A stretch of DNA of 63,025 nucleotides, filler included. It is 7 parts of 7 records of this genome, joined end to end, with 100 filler letters (N's around TTAATTAATTAA, not from the genome) between each part and the next. Parts side by side here need not be neighbours in the genome. Positions count along the whole stretch, not along the records: positions 1 to 10,332 come from SRR31156797_17030; positions 10,433 to 30,971 come from SRR31156797_17039; 5 more parts are not named here. One strand, 5' to 3'. Below the pieces are notes generated by a model. That model had not been told where the DNA came from, ran no database searches, and saw only the letters and a list, made by a program, of their open reading frames with translations. The translations under genes were made by a program, and so were the position numbers. Each line of letters begins with the position of its first letter. Position 1 is the stretch's first letter. Shown here piece by piece: positions 9,865 to 20,379 of the stretch.

Positions 9865-10332
9865 ATGACCGCCAATGAAATACTCGACATGTTGTATGGA
9901 ACCCTCCACACAACCGGAATTTATAACTTTCAATGGAACATTGTGATCATGTGGGGCGTGGGGAGTTTGTTCATCTACCTGGCCATTGCCAAAAAGTATG
10001 AACCGCTTCTTCTGCTTCCCATCGGTTTCGGCATTTTCATTGTCAATTTTCCCCTGGTCCCGCTGATGGGCTTTTCACATGGCCATCCGCAACTCTTTCA
10101 GTTGTTTTACCATTACGGGCTCAAGTGGGAAGTAATCCCCTGCGTTATTTTTCTGGGGTTGGGCGCCATGACAGATTTTGGTCCTCTCATTGCCAACCCC
10201 AAGACGCTCCTCATCGGTGCGGGTGCTCAGTTGGGTGTGTTCATCACCTTTACCGGTACGGTGCTGGTGGGCTTTACCCTCAAGGAAGCCGCCTCCGTCA
10301 GTATCATCGGCGGCGCCGACGGCCCCACCACC
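9865..10332 (+). CDS. Na+-translocating decarboxylase beta subunit (GcdB/OadB/MmdB family), 3'-truncated at contig end
   Basis: YEPLLLLPIGFG, GLGAMTDFGPL, AQLGVF, IIGGADGPT signature. Confidence 0.9.
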
Positions 10333-10432
10333 NNNNNNNNNNNNNNNNNNNNNNNNNNNNNNNNNNNNNNNNNNNNTTAATTAATTAANNNNNNNNNNNN
10401 NNNNNNNNNNNNNNNNNNNNNNNNNNNNNNNN
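10333..10432. other. Artificial contig spacer
   Basis: 44 N + TTAATTAATTAA (stops in all six frames) + 44 N. Confidence 0.99.
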
Positions 10433-11999
10433 TCCTTTGATGACCCTGGCTTATGTGGGGGTCAAGGGCGGTATGGTGATCATCAATGCCGATGATCCGT
10501 CACTCTTCTCTAGCCAGAACGAACAGGACAACCGCTACTTTGCCAGGTTGTCCGGGTTGCCCATGCTGGAACCCACCACCAGCCAGGAAATGAAGGATAT
10601 GACGCTTACAGCCTTCGAGATGTCCGAAGCCCTGGAACTTCCGGTCATTATCCGGACCACCACGCGATTGGCCCATGTGAGAGGGGCCGTGGAACTGGGT
10701 GATCTGAAACCGGTAACGAAAAAAACGACCTTTGAGAAGAATCCTTTCCGCTTTGTGACGGTTCCCGCGGTTTCAAGGAATCTTCATAAGGTGTTGCTGG
10801 GAAAATTTGATCAGGCTGCTGAAATTTCCAATGGTAACGCCTACAACGAGGTGATCGGAACCGGGAAATGGGGTATTGTCGCCAATGGTGCCTGCTTCAA
10901 CTACGTGAAAGATGCGGTTCTGGATCTGGGAATCGGGGACAAGGTTTCCATCCTGAAGTTGGTGTTGTCATGGCCCCAGCCGGAAACCCTTTGCATCGAT
11001 TTCATGAAAAAAATGGATAAGGTTCTGGTGGTGGAAGAACTGGAACCCATCAATGAAACCGAACTGAAGGCCATGGCCCAGGAAAACGGCATTACCATAC
11101 CCATAAAGGGGAAAGGGGTCGGCGCATTTTCACGCCTTTTTGAATATGATCCCGGTATGGTACGCCAGACCATTGCCGACTATTTCGGCATAGAATACAA
11201 GGCCCCCGAACAGTTGGATATTTCGGCCACCCCGGAGCTACCGGCGAGACCGCCCAACCTCTGTGCCGGGTGCCCCCATCGCGCCACCTACTATGCGGTC
11301 AAGGAGGTTTTCGGCAAGGATGCGGTTTTCCCGACGGATATCGGATGTTACACCCTGGGCGTCCTGCCGCCCATATCCATGGCGGATTTCGTCATCTGTA
11401 TGGGATCCTCCGCCAGTTCCGGTTGCGGTTTTGCTCAAGCCACCGACCAGAAAGTGGTCTCCTTTATCGGTGATTCCACTTTTTTCCATTCCGGCATCAC
11501 GGGCCTTGCGGATGCCGTTCACAATAACCACAAATTCACCCTGGTCATTCTGGACAACGGCACCACGGCCATGACCGGCCACCAGATTCACCCCGGCGTG
11601 AATACGGAAGCCATGGGTGTTGACCGGACGCGCATCTCCATTGAAAAGGTGGTGCGGGGCCTGGGCGTTCAGGATGTACACGTCATAAAACCCTTTAAAC
11701 TGAAGAAAGCCAAGGAATCCATTAAAAAGGCCATGGAATTCGACGGCATATCGGTCATTATTTCAGAAGAGCTGTGCCCTCTCTTTGCGAAGGCCACCAA
11801 GCAGTTCAAAAAGGCCAAACCTTTCCGCGTCAATCATGACAAGTGCAAGAACCACAGGGACTGCATCAATCTTCTGGCATGTCCCGCCATGTATCTGGAA
11901 GGGGACCGAGTGGAAATTGATAAAATCGCTTGCATCGGCTGCACCGTGTGTGCTCAGGTTTGTCCGGAGAACGCCATTGTGCCCGTGAAAGAGGGATAG
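10433..11999 (+). CDS. iorA: Indolepyruvate:ferredoxin oxidoreductase alpha subunit, 5'-truncated
   Basis: ADDPSLFSSQNEQD, RPPNLCAGCPH, DIGCYTLG, TPP motif GDSTFFHSG...LDN, C-terminal ferredoxin domain. Confidence 0.95.
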
Positions 12000-12010
12000 G
12001 GAGGCTCTAA

Positions 12011-12598
12011 ATGGAAACAAAGAGATTGGTATTTATCGGTGTGGGCGGTCAAGGGAACCTTCTCGCTTCCCGTTTGCTGGGGGAAGCGGCGCTTTCAATG
12101 AATATTCCCACGGTGGTCAGCGAAATTCACGGGATGGCCCAAAGGGGCGGGATTGTTGAATCGGCAGTGTTGTTGGGTGATGTATCGAGCCCCATCGTTT
12201 CCAGTTCGGAAGCAGATGTATTGATCGGTTTTGAACCCCTGGAGACCTTACGGGCCCTTGGAAAATGCAACAAAGATACGGTGGTCATCACCAACATCCA
12301 TCCCCTGCCCCCCTTTACCGTGGCCGTTGGCCAGGGGATTTATCCGCCGGTGGAAGAAACCCTTCAGTTTATTCGTGAAAGGGCCAACAAAGTCATCGAG
12401 CTGGATGGAAACGCCATCGCTGAAGAGGTGGGCAACCCCCTCTCTCTGAACATGGTGATGCTGGGCGCGCTCATCGGATCGGGAGAGACCCCCATCGGGG
12501 CCGATGAGATGAAAAAAGTCCTGGCAACCTCCACTAAAAAGGCGTTTCTGGAGTCCAATTTGAAAGCCTTTGACATGGGGATGGCGAAGGCGGCATAA
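12011..12598 (+). CDS. iorB: Indolepyruvate:ferredoxin oxidoreductase beta subunit
   Basis: GVGGQG, SEIHGMAQRGG, NMVMLGA; RBS GGAGG; directly after iorA. Confidence 0.95.
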   Translation: METKRLVFIGVGGQGNLLASRLLGEAALSMNIPTVVSEIHGMAQRGGIVESAVLLGDVSSPIVSSSEADVLIGFEPLETLRALGKCNKDTVVITNIHPLPPFTVAVGQGIYPPVEETLQFIRERANKVIELDGNAIAEEVGNPLSLNMVMLGALIGSGETPIGADEMKKVLATSTKKAFLESNLKAFDMGMAKAA

Positions 12599-12619
12599 AT
12601 TCCCAACGGGTTTAGAGAT

Positions 12620-12657
12620 AAAAAAAGCATCGGTTTGAAACGGCCGATGCTTTTTTT
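12620..12657. terminator. Bidirectional intrinsic terminator
   Basis: A7-GCATCGG...CCGATGC-T7 between convergent iorB and the radical SAM gene. Confidence 0.85.
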
Positions 12658-12688
12658 GTCGGTGGAAAGAAGGGTTAAATGTAAACCG

Positions 12689-14236
12689 TCAACCGGTAGC
12701 CGTTTTGTTCTGAAAACGGCTTTTCCGCAGGAGAATCCGCTTCATAACATCCTCTTCCATGATTTCAAGATCTGAAAGCAGGATCTTCCCATTGATGTCG
12801 TGGCGAACCACGGGAACGTTGGAACTGATATACCCGTACCGCAGACCATAGGCATTGTCTTCGTCCACAAGTACCGTTCCCGAGGGGAGCTGCGGGGGTT
12901 GATCCATGCCCGACTGCCTCAGGATATGGATCAGGTAGTTTTTGCCGGTGGAAGAGGCCATATCGTTTGCATCAAAGGATCGTTTGAGCATGGCATCCTC
13001 CGTGTAAAGAAGTTCCAGGTTGGGGAAGACGCTCAAAATATTCATGTGCACCGCCACCCGAAACCCGGCTTCATCCAACCGGTCTTTCAGGGATGCAATA
13101 CGTCGATAATTGTCCCGAATGTCGTCCGCATCCCTATGGGGAAGGTCCAGGATGACGGATATCTCCAGGAATATGCTTCTGTCCAGATATTGAATCATGT
13201 TTTCCACGGCTTGTTCAATGTCCCCATAAAGATAACCTTTTGCCACATGCTTCAAGGTAAAATCGGAGGTGGACTCCAATCCGATGAGCAGACAATTGAC
13301 ATTGTTGTTAATGAACTCGATGTAATGTTTGTCCTTAAGCAATGTTATACCGGTAAAAATGGTGATGTGGTATTGGGAAATCCGTTGAAGGATTTCCTGA
13401 ACAACGGGTGAGTGGGGGCGATAATAGGAATCAATAAAACGGATGTGCCTGGAATTGAACCCTTGCATGATTTCATGGATCGCTTCCACGGCGCTTGGGA
13501 TCTCCATTCCCTTCAGGAAATCCATTCGCGGCAATTCCTTGTACGTACAGAATTTGCACCTGCCGTACCAGCACCAGTTGTTGAATCCGAGATGAACGGG
13601 AATACCGCTCTTTCCCTGGTAATGGGGTGTCAGGAAGTCATGGCGGCACGCAAAAACGGAACCGTAGTCATTTTCAGAAATTTTTCCATCTTTCCAGTTT
13701 TTGATGATTTGATACAGGTCTGTTTTGAGATCCACATTACCGGATATGACAATGAGATTATCCCGAAGCTTTGATTTTTCAACCCCCATATGGGACAAAA
13801 ATTGCCTTATGAAAACAGGCGATAGCCCGATATTGATGAGTGGGCCGCCCAAAACAACTTTTTTTCCCTGTTCCAGCAGATTCTTTACAATCAGCAAATC
13901 ACAAAAATTAATACAGGTAACAATGATATGCTCCGCCTGGAAATCTTCCCTGATAAAATCGTCATAATAACCATGGGCCATAAATACATAAAAAACATTG
14001 TACACCATGTATTTTTGTTCCAGAAAGGAAATGACATTTGGAGAAAAACGGGCGGCCGCCTTTTCCATAATACCATCATACAACGCCGTGTCCTTGTTTG
14101 AGTCGTAAGTCTTAACGGGGATATGGCTGAATTGAACCTCAAAGTTTTTGTTGCGGAGCAGATTTTCCGTCATGATTCGGGTTGCCATGGGATAAAAGGG
14201 CTTGAATAACGGCGGATATACGTATGCGACTTTCAT
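12689..14236 (-). CDS. Divergent radical SAM protein with probable cobalamin-binding N-terminal region
   Basis: CWYGRCKFC (Cx4Cx2C), FIDS, IGLES, N-terminal YVYPP and VVLGGP. Confidence 0.7.
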   Translation of the reverse strand: MKVAYVYPPLFKPFYPMATRIMTENLLRNKNFEVQFSHIPVKTYDSNKDTALYDGIMEKAAARFSPNVISFLEQKYMVYNVFYVFMAHGYYDDFIREDFQAEHIIVTCINFCDLLIVKNLLEQGKKVVLGGPLINIGLSPVFIRQFLSHMGVEKSKLRDNLIVISGNVDLKTDLYQIIKNWKDGKISENDYGSVFACRHDFLTPHYQGKSGIPVHLGFNNWCWYGRCKFCTYKELPRMDFLKGMEIPSAVEAIHEIMQGFNSRHIRFIDSYYRPHSPVVQEILQRISQYHITIFTGITLLKDKHYIEFINNNVNCLLIGLESTSDFTLKHVAKGYLYGDIEQAVENMIQYLDRSIFLEISVILDLPHRDADDIRDNYRRIASLKDRLDEAGFRVAVHMNILSVFPNLELLYTEDAMLKRSFDANDMASSTGKNYLIHILRQSGMDQPPQLPSGTVLVDEDNAYGLRYGYISSNVPVVRHDINGKILLSDLEIMEEDVMKRILLRKSRFQNKTATG

Positions 14237-14277
14237 TTTTTATCATTCCTGTCGGTTAAACGGCACTCGGTTTACGG

Positions 14278-15423
14278 TTATACTTTCGAATTGTATTCTT
14301 CGGTGATTTCAGAAAGTACTTCAAAGATCGGCATCTTTTCCAATCCCCTTTCCCTTGCAGTATCCAGAACCTCGTTAAGGAACATAAGCCTCGACCAGTC
14401 AAAGGGCTTATTTTTAAGGTTCCGCACCTTTTCCTTTGTCAGCTCCCCGGGGAAACTGGCGGGAATTTCGTGCCCCAGGGCCTTGAATGCCAACATGGTG
14501 CGAACACACTTGTCGCATTGGCAGCAGTTGGTATCGGGAAGCGTGTCGTATCGGTATTGTCCTTCCCAGCAGACCTTGAGATTGTCCAGGGCTTCAGGCC
14601 ATGAAAAGAGGGCTTCCAGCTTTTCCATCCGTTTAAACACCGTATCGTGGTGCATTTTAAAACCGTCACTTGAAAGGAGTCGATCCGTCAGGGGGTGGCT
14701 CCCCCATGGACGCAGATGAAGATAAGAATGGCTGCTGCCGATAAGGCATCCCCCCCACATGGTGCGAAACAGTGATGCAACGGATGCGATAACACAGGCG
14801 TGGGCCATCCAGAATCTTTTTATGGAAAGTATATATTTCAAGTTGGTTCGGACGTTTAGAAAGGTTAAATGGGGGAAGGAACCAAAGAGTTTCCGGTTTC
14901 TTTCCACAACATTTCTGCACTGTGCTTCGTAGTTGATGTTCACATCGAAACCTTCAATATACAATAGGGCATCCACATCAAACAGTTTTCTTTTGATGGG
15001 ACCCTTTTTCAACACATGATTCAGCGCACTGAAGGCGCCGTCCACGCCTCCTGAAAAACTCAAGATGATCTTTTGGTTGGCCGTATTTTCTTCCGTCTCA
15101 CTGTCGGGAACAATGTCAATGGGCCGGTATTTGGCCGGAAACCATGTGCTGAAGATAATTTGGAATTCTTCCAGGTTGTCCAGCAGGGACGTGGAAACCG
15201 GACCATGCACCCGCAGGGTTGCCCGGTCCTCCATGGCTTTCAGCAGGGCGCCGGTAACAAACGGGTCCATCAGGTCGCGGGAGATATATTTCCATTGGTC
15301 CGGGGGAACCGAATACCACAGTTTGAGGTCTTCATCATAAGACCGCTTCAAATTGATGTTAATGCGCATCCGGTCGTTTTTTTCACATTCAACCGGACCC
15401 GGATAAAGATCTAAATACCGCAT
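14278..15423 (-). CDS. PP-loop (adenine nucleotide alpha-hydrolase-like) protein with C-terminal Cys cluster, function unknown
   Basis: SFSGGVDG, PWGSHPLTD, KVCW...NCCQCDKCVRT. Confidence 0.7.
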   Translation of the reverse strand: MRYLDLYPGPVECEKNDRMRININLKRSYDEDLKLWYSVPPDQWKYISRDLMDPFVTGALLKAMEDRATLRVHGPVSTSLLDNLEEFQIIFSTWFPAKYRPIDIVPDSETEENTANQKIILSFSGGVDGAFSALNHVLKKGPIKRKLFDVDALLYIEGFDVNINYEAQCRNVVERNRKLFGSFPHLTFLNVRTNLKYILSIKRFWMAHACVIASVASLFRTMWGGCLIGSSHSYLHLRPWGSHPLTDRLLSSDGFKMHHDTVFKRMEKLEALFSWPEALDNLKVCWEGQYRYDTLPDTNCCQCDKCVRTMLAFKALGHEIPASFPGELTKEKVRNLKNKPFDWSRLMFLNEVLDTARERGLEKMPIFEVLSEITEEYNSKV

Positions 15424-15540
15424 GCATACTCCTTGAGACCTTTGCGGGATGAATTACTTGTCAGTTGTCTTTATTGTTCGGCAGAACAGGACCAAAGGCC
15501 AATTTTGTCAATATCTGGAGAGACGGGGAAAAACAGGGGC

Positions 15541-18500
15541 TTACTTCTCGTTGTTTTGCAGTTTTTCGCCAAGCTCACGGATCCGCCCGCTGAGAGCCTT
15601 GCAGATGTGCAGGGCGATCTGCGGATATTCTCTCACAATTTCGGTGAATTCCTGTTTATGGAGCACCAGGAACCGGGAGTCCTCCGAGGTTTTGATGGAG
15701 GCTGAGCGGACCGTATCTTCCAGAAGCGCCATTTCGCCGAAATAGTCCCCGGCCCCCATGCGGGCGAGTTCCACCTCACGGGCACCCTCCTTATCCACAC
15801 CTTTGAGTACGGAAACCGCTCCCTTGATAATCAGGTACATGGTTTCGCCGGCTTCGCCTTCCTTTATGACGAATTCATCCTTCCCGCAATCCAACTCTTC
15901 GGTTATGGATGCAATGGCAGCCAATTCACTCACGGAAAGCCCTTCAAATATGTTAATCCCTTTCACCCGCAGGATTTTGTCGGGAATTGTAATTTCCGTT
16001 TCCATACCATCCTCCATTTTGTCTGAATCACCATGCCGGGCATCCCTGACCTTAGAGGCCATTTGCCGAATATACGGATTTTCCGATTCAGCCAGGCCCT
16101 TCAAAATCCCCTTGTCCGGAATGTCATCCTGCCGGTCCAACAGAAAAAACAGGGTCAACACCACGGTAACCCAATCCCGTTTAGCCAGAAGATGGGTAAA
16201 AAAGGCGGTGGGGTCACCGTCGAAATCGGACAGCTTGAATTTTTTTCGGCCCACGGCCAGGGAGTCCTTATTGTCCAGTCCTTCCAGAAGGGGGAGCATG
16301 ATGCCGGAAAGGGACGGGTCCATGGTGTCGTCCAGGGCTTCCAGGCTGTTGGATTTGCGCCGTGCATCCGTAGAAAAAATACCGCGCCAGATGATCCGCA
16401 TCTGCCCCGATCGATCCTCCGTGGCCAGCACGCGAAGGACGGTCTCGATCTCCACCTGAATCTTCTGGTTCAGATGACTTATCATGAGGCCCTTTCCCCG
16501 GCTTTCGGGAAAGGGACTGAAACTCTCTATCTCCAAAAGATGATTGTAACATCTTTCAAGCTGGGACCGTGCAAAGCGATAAAGATCCAGGTCTTTGATA
16601 TTCAGTGATTCCAGCAGGTCAAATATGCCTTCACGGATACGGCGCCTGGGTATGTTCAGGGATTCAACAAGAATCTGGGGATTTTGGTGCGCTGCATTCA
16701 GAATTTTCTCTTTCGCCAAGTCGCAATTTTCTTCCGAGGCATCATCCATTCGACGGATGGCCATACGAAGGGTATCATCGTCATTGAGTTCAAATGCCTT
16801 CAGAGCGGCCAGGCGAACTTTTTCCGAAGTATGGGTCAGGTATCCGAACACCAGACTGTTGGGCTCGGGCATATTCAAATCGTGAAGTGCGTCCAGAAGA
16901 TGGTGGACCACATCTTCATTCTCGGGAGCCGTGAGCATCGCCTTCAGCTTTGGAATATAGCTTTCATCTTCGGTTTTGCCCGAAGCGATAATACCGGCGC
17001 GCCGTTCCGTCAATTCTCCGGAATCCAGCCAGGTATCAATAACGCCTTTGTATTGATCCGGAGAAGCTTTGTACAAACCGATAACCGCATAGGCTTTGAT
17101 ATCCGGACTTTCAATGGTTTCAAAGATTTCCCCGCAAAACCCCCGGGCGCTTTGTGCCGAAAGGCGATTGGCTGCCTGAACCACGGCAATGGTGAGATCC
17201 TCTTTTTCGGGATCAGCCAATTCCCTTAAACGGTCAACGGCGGCATCGCCGGCTTCGGGAGAAAGCATGGCCAGCAATTCTATTTTCGTTTTGTCATCGT
17301 TATCTTCAAGAACCTTCAGGATGTGGACATCCATATCTTCAATATTCTGGGCTTTGAGTATCCGGGCATGCCACAGGCAATCTTCCCCCCGGGAGGCCAG
17401 AAAAGTCTCCACAAGCCTGTTTTGAATGCTTTTGTCAGCAAAAACGCTGTCGGCATCCTTCTCTTCAAGGGATTTGAGATCCAGCATGTTGTTGCTGATG
17501 AGATCCAGTAAAATTTTGGAGTAGCTTTTTTTGAGAACAAACGTGGTCAGGATCCAAGCCCCCACAAAAATCATGGCGGCAATTGAAAGATACCGGGGGG
17601 GAAAGAGACCTTCCGACACCATAATGATGCCGGACCCGAACAATATGCCCACCCGGACCACGGTACCCCTCAAAAACGGCCGGATGACGGCCCGGTAGGA
17701 TACGGGGAAGAGGCCCATGAGAATGGCGCGGGCCGGATTGTTCATGGTGGTTCTCAGTATATTGGTGGAAACCCTGGCATACATGGCTGAAAAAATATCA
17801 AAGCGCAACAGAAAGGCCAGAAACGCGATCATATAGTTGATGGGATGAAACATCAGTATCACCGGGAGACCCAGACGGCCGTAGACGCGGCCCACAAAAA
17901 GCAAGATAATGAGGCTCACGATATTCATGCAACCACGAAAATAACCGAAGAAACTGAGCATACCGCTTTGGGTGGCAAATGTCGAGTTGACCGAATAGGC
18001 GAACTGATAATTCATGATGGGAATCACAATATTGGGCAAAAGAGTCAAAAGAATCAGGATTTTTACCAGGGTGGATTTCTTCATGAGGGGAAGAACGTTC
18101 TTGAAATCCTGCACCAGGTTGGTACTTTGTTTTCCCTTTTTTTTCTTTTTGTCGGATAAGAGGAGGGTGGGAAACTGCTTGCCCATCCGTCGCACCCCTA
18201 GGGCCCCCAGGCAAGTGGTGGCCAAATAGGCAAACATCAGGTTGTCCATGGTGATGGCTTTGGCAAGGGGGGGGGTGGCGAAACTGCCGATAATGCCCCC
18301 GATAACCCCTCCCGCGGTAATCAGGGGAAAGAGGCGCTTGGATTGTCTTGTATTGAAAAGGTCGTTGGCCAGGTTCCAGAAAATCAGTGCCAGAAGAACT
18401 TCGTATTGTGCTTTTAAGATATAGAGAACCGGGTAAATGAGATCAAAGCCCAAGGGAACCACGAACCGAAGGGCCGCAACGGAGACCCCGCAGAACAGAA

Positions 18501-18762
18501 GGGTATTGCCCAACATGCGGCTGCCGGGAATTTTCTGCATGAGCCCGGTCAGAAACGCCATGATGAAAAAAGTGGAGATGGAATTGACCACGTTGACGAT
18601 GGGGAGGTATTCAACACCGTAACGTTTCAGAAAAGCGGTCTCTGCGAAATTATTAAACAGGATGCTGGACGTGCGGATAAGAAAAAGAAGCAGAACTACC
18701 CAAAAAAACAGCGAAATCTCATCTTCGTAGACCTTAAGCCATTTCCCCAGGATTTTCAGCAT
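15541..18762 (-). CDS. NTT/TLC-like MFS transporter fused to HEAT repeats and a C-terminal cNMP-binding domain
   Basis: About 12 TM segments with FWNLANDLFNTRQSKRLF, a helical repeat middle region, and C-terminal EGEAGETMYLI...GDYFGEMALL...RSASI. Confidence 0.85.
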   Translation of the reverse strand: MLKILGKWLKVYEDEISLFFWVVLLLFLIRTSSILFNNFAETAFLKRYGVEYLPIVNVVNSISTFFIMAFLTGLMQKIPGSRMLGNTLLFCGVSVAALRFVVPLGFDLIYPVLYILKAQYEVLLALIFWNLANDLFNTRQSKRLFPLITAGGVIGGIIGSFATPPLAKAITMDNLMFAYLATTCLGALGVRRMGKQFPTLLLSDKKKKKGKQSTNLVQDFKNVLPLMKKSTLVKILILLTLLPNIVIPIMNYQFAYSVNSTFATQSGMLSFFGYFRGCMNIVSLIILLFVGRVYGRLGLPVILMFHPINYMIAFLAFLLRFDIFSAMYARVSTNILRTTMNNPARAILMGLFPVSYRAVIRPFLRGTVVRVGILFGSGIIMVSEGLFPPRYLSIAAMIFVGAWILTTFVLKKSYSKILLDLISNNMLDLKSLEEKDADSVFADKSIQNRLVETFLASRGEDCLWHARILKAQNIEDMDVHILKVLEDNDDKTKIELLAMLSPEAGDAAVDRLRELADPEKEDLTIAVVQAANRLSAQSARGFCGEIFETIESPDIKAYAVIGLYKASPDQYKGVIDTWLDSGELTERRAGIIASGKTEDESYIPKLKAMLTAPENEDVVHHLLDALHDLNMPEPNSLVFGYLTHTSEKVRLAALKAFELNDDDTLRMAIRRMDDASEENCDLAKEKILNAAHQNPQILVESLNIPRRRIREGIFDLLESLNIKDLDLYRFARSQLERCYNHLLEIESFSPFPESRGKGLMISHLNQKIQVEIETVLRVLATEDRSGQMRIIWRGIFSTDARRKSNSLEALDDTMDPSLSGIMLPLLEGLDNKDSLAVGRKKFKLSDFDGDPTAFFTHLLAKRDWVTVVLTLFFLLDRQDDIPDKGILKGLAESENPYIRQMASKVRDARHGDSDKMEDGMETEITIPDKILRVKGINIFEGLSVSELAAIASITEELDCGKDEFVIKEGEAGETMYLIIKGAVSVLKGVDKEGAREVELARMGAGDYFGEMALLEDTVRSASIKTSEDSRFLVLHKQEFTEIVREYPQIALHICKALSGRIRELGEKLQNNEK

Positions 18763-18874
18763 TAACTTGCCTCGGTGTCAGAATGTTAAATGATGTTCAT
18801 ATCTACCGCGCAACCCATTTGGAGTCAAGAATATTTATGGTATGGTTCAGGCATTGTTTGCCTTGAAAACCGGT

Positions 18875-20317
18875 TCATAAATCCTTTGCACGTTTCAAAT
18901 ATCCTTCAGCTTGCTTCTGACCCAATGAAAAAGCCTTTTTAAAATCTGAAAGTGCCTGATCTTTTTGGTCAAGGGCGAGAAGGGCCAATCCCCGATTAAA
19001 ATAGACATCACCGTCACCGGGATCAATTTTCAGGGCTTTGGTGTAATCCCGTATGGCGAGATGGTATTTTCCCAAAGCGTAGTAGGCATTGCCCCTGTTG
19101 CAATAGGCGTCTTGAAATGCGGGCCTTAAGGTGACGACCTTCTGGAAATCCTGAACCGCCATGTGGTATTTTTTCATCTTAACCCGGACCATGCCCCGAT
19201 TGAAATAGGCATCTACATTTTCCGAATTGATGCGGATGGCTTCGGAGTAGTCCTTCAACGCTCCATTTAGATCCCCTTTTGAAGCATACAGGCAGGCCCT
19301 GTTATAAAAGGCGGTTCCGTTTTTTGGATTGTCTTTAATGAAAAGGTCGAGCGCCTTAAGATCTTTTTCATACTCCTTGTTGTCCGGTTGCGGTATCTTT
19401 TCGGATGAGGCGGCTTTTCCAATGGTTTCTTTTTCGTGGGTCCCCGGTGTTGATTTTTTTACTTTTTCAGCGCGTTTCGAAACCTTTGCGGAAGGGGGGG
19501 GGGCAGTTATGTTCCTCACGATTTTCGATTTTAGAACCCCTGTTTCTTTGAGTGATCCTTGGCTAAATGCCTGGATGCGAACCTTGATCTCCTCCAAAAT
19601 GAAAAATCCCGCGGAAGCAAACAGCAATAGGCCCATGAGAAACGTGATGAGAACTGCTCGCAGACTGGTTTGTACCGGTGGAAAATGATCTATAAGATCT
19701 TTGTCCCCAACGGCGAGACCACCCATTTGCCAGCGGTACAACATGCAAAGGGACCAGGGTGCAAACAAAGAGAATGTGATGCAGTTCAGTATCCAGGTCA
19801 GTAGGCAGATTTTGATATATTCGCCTAAGCCGGCGCCAAAAGAGGTGGATTTGCCGCCGTATAAGGTATGTTCTTCCTTCCAGGCGTGGAAACGGTACAT
19901 CCCCACCGGGTAGTAAAACCCGAAAGTAACCATGGGTAGTAGAATCAGGTGAACGGCATAGAGAATAAAAAGCGCGCCGCCCGTTCCCGTAAATCGGCTC
20001 GGGATGCCCTCCACCAGGGTATGATCGGCTTTCCAACTATAAATACGGCGGAAAGCCCACGGCCCATAGAACCCAAGGGTAACAAAGGTCAAAAGGCCGT
20101 TCAACAGGAGGCGCACAAAAAACGCCCCCCCCGTCCCCGTAAAGGCGGTTTTTTTGCCTTGAATGGTGGTGTGCGAGGCTTTCAGTTTGAATAACCGCAC
20201 CAGACCCCAGGGAAGGTAAAGCCCAAGGGTCAGAAAGCTGAACAACCCCAGGTGAAAAATCACGGCACTGAAATACTGACCGCCGTTTCCCTCAAACCGA
20301 CAGTTGCCTTTGGCCAT
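18875..20317 (-). CDS. DUF898/YjgN-like repeated membrane domain fused to C-terminal TPRs
   Basis: Repeated FxGxGG...TLGxYxPW units, Pro/Lys-rich linker, four AYxNRG-type TPRs. Confidence 0.75.
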   Translation of the reverse strand: MAKGNCRFEGNGGQYFSAVIFHLGLFSFLTLGLYLPWGLVRLFKLKASHTTIQGKKTAFTGTGGAFFVRLLLNGLLTFVTLGFYGPWAFRRIYSWKADHTLVEGIPSRFTGTGGALFILYAVHLILLPMVTFGFYYPVGMYRFHAWKEEHTLYGGKSTSFGAGLGEYIKICLLTWILNCITFSLFAPWSLCMLYRWQMGGLAVGDKDLIDHFPPVQTSLRAVLITFLMGLLLFASAGFFILEEIKVRIQAFSQGSLKETGVLKSKIVRNITAPPPSAKVSKRAEKVKKSTPGTHEKETIGKAASSEKIPQPDNKEYEKDLKALDLFIKDNPKNGTAFYNRACLYASKGDLNGALKDYSEAIRINSENVDAYFNRGMVRVKMKKYHMAVQDFQKVVTLRPAFQDAYCNRGNAYYALGKYHLAIRDYTKALKIDPGDGDVYFNRGLALLALDQKDQALSDFKKAFSLGQKQAEGYLKRAKDL

Positions 20318-20379
20318 TCGTCCACCCCTATATTAAAACCGTTCGCAACCGTAATGGGTCAACCGACAACCGTAAACGG

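Noticed and set aside
10333..10432. TTAATTAATTAA recurring six times as a possible biological repeat
   Set aside because: Always centred in an identical 100-nt N block. It is a synthetic six-frame-stop linker, and ORFs running into X are truncated.
20336..20379. Short AACCG-type repeats (also near 14253 and 28658)
   Set aside because: Low-complexity intergenic repeats with irregular spacing and no supportable function.
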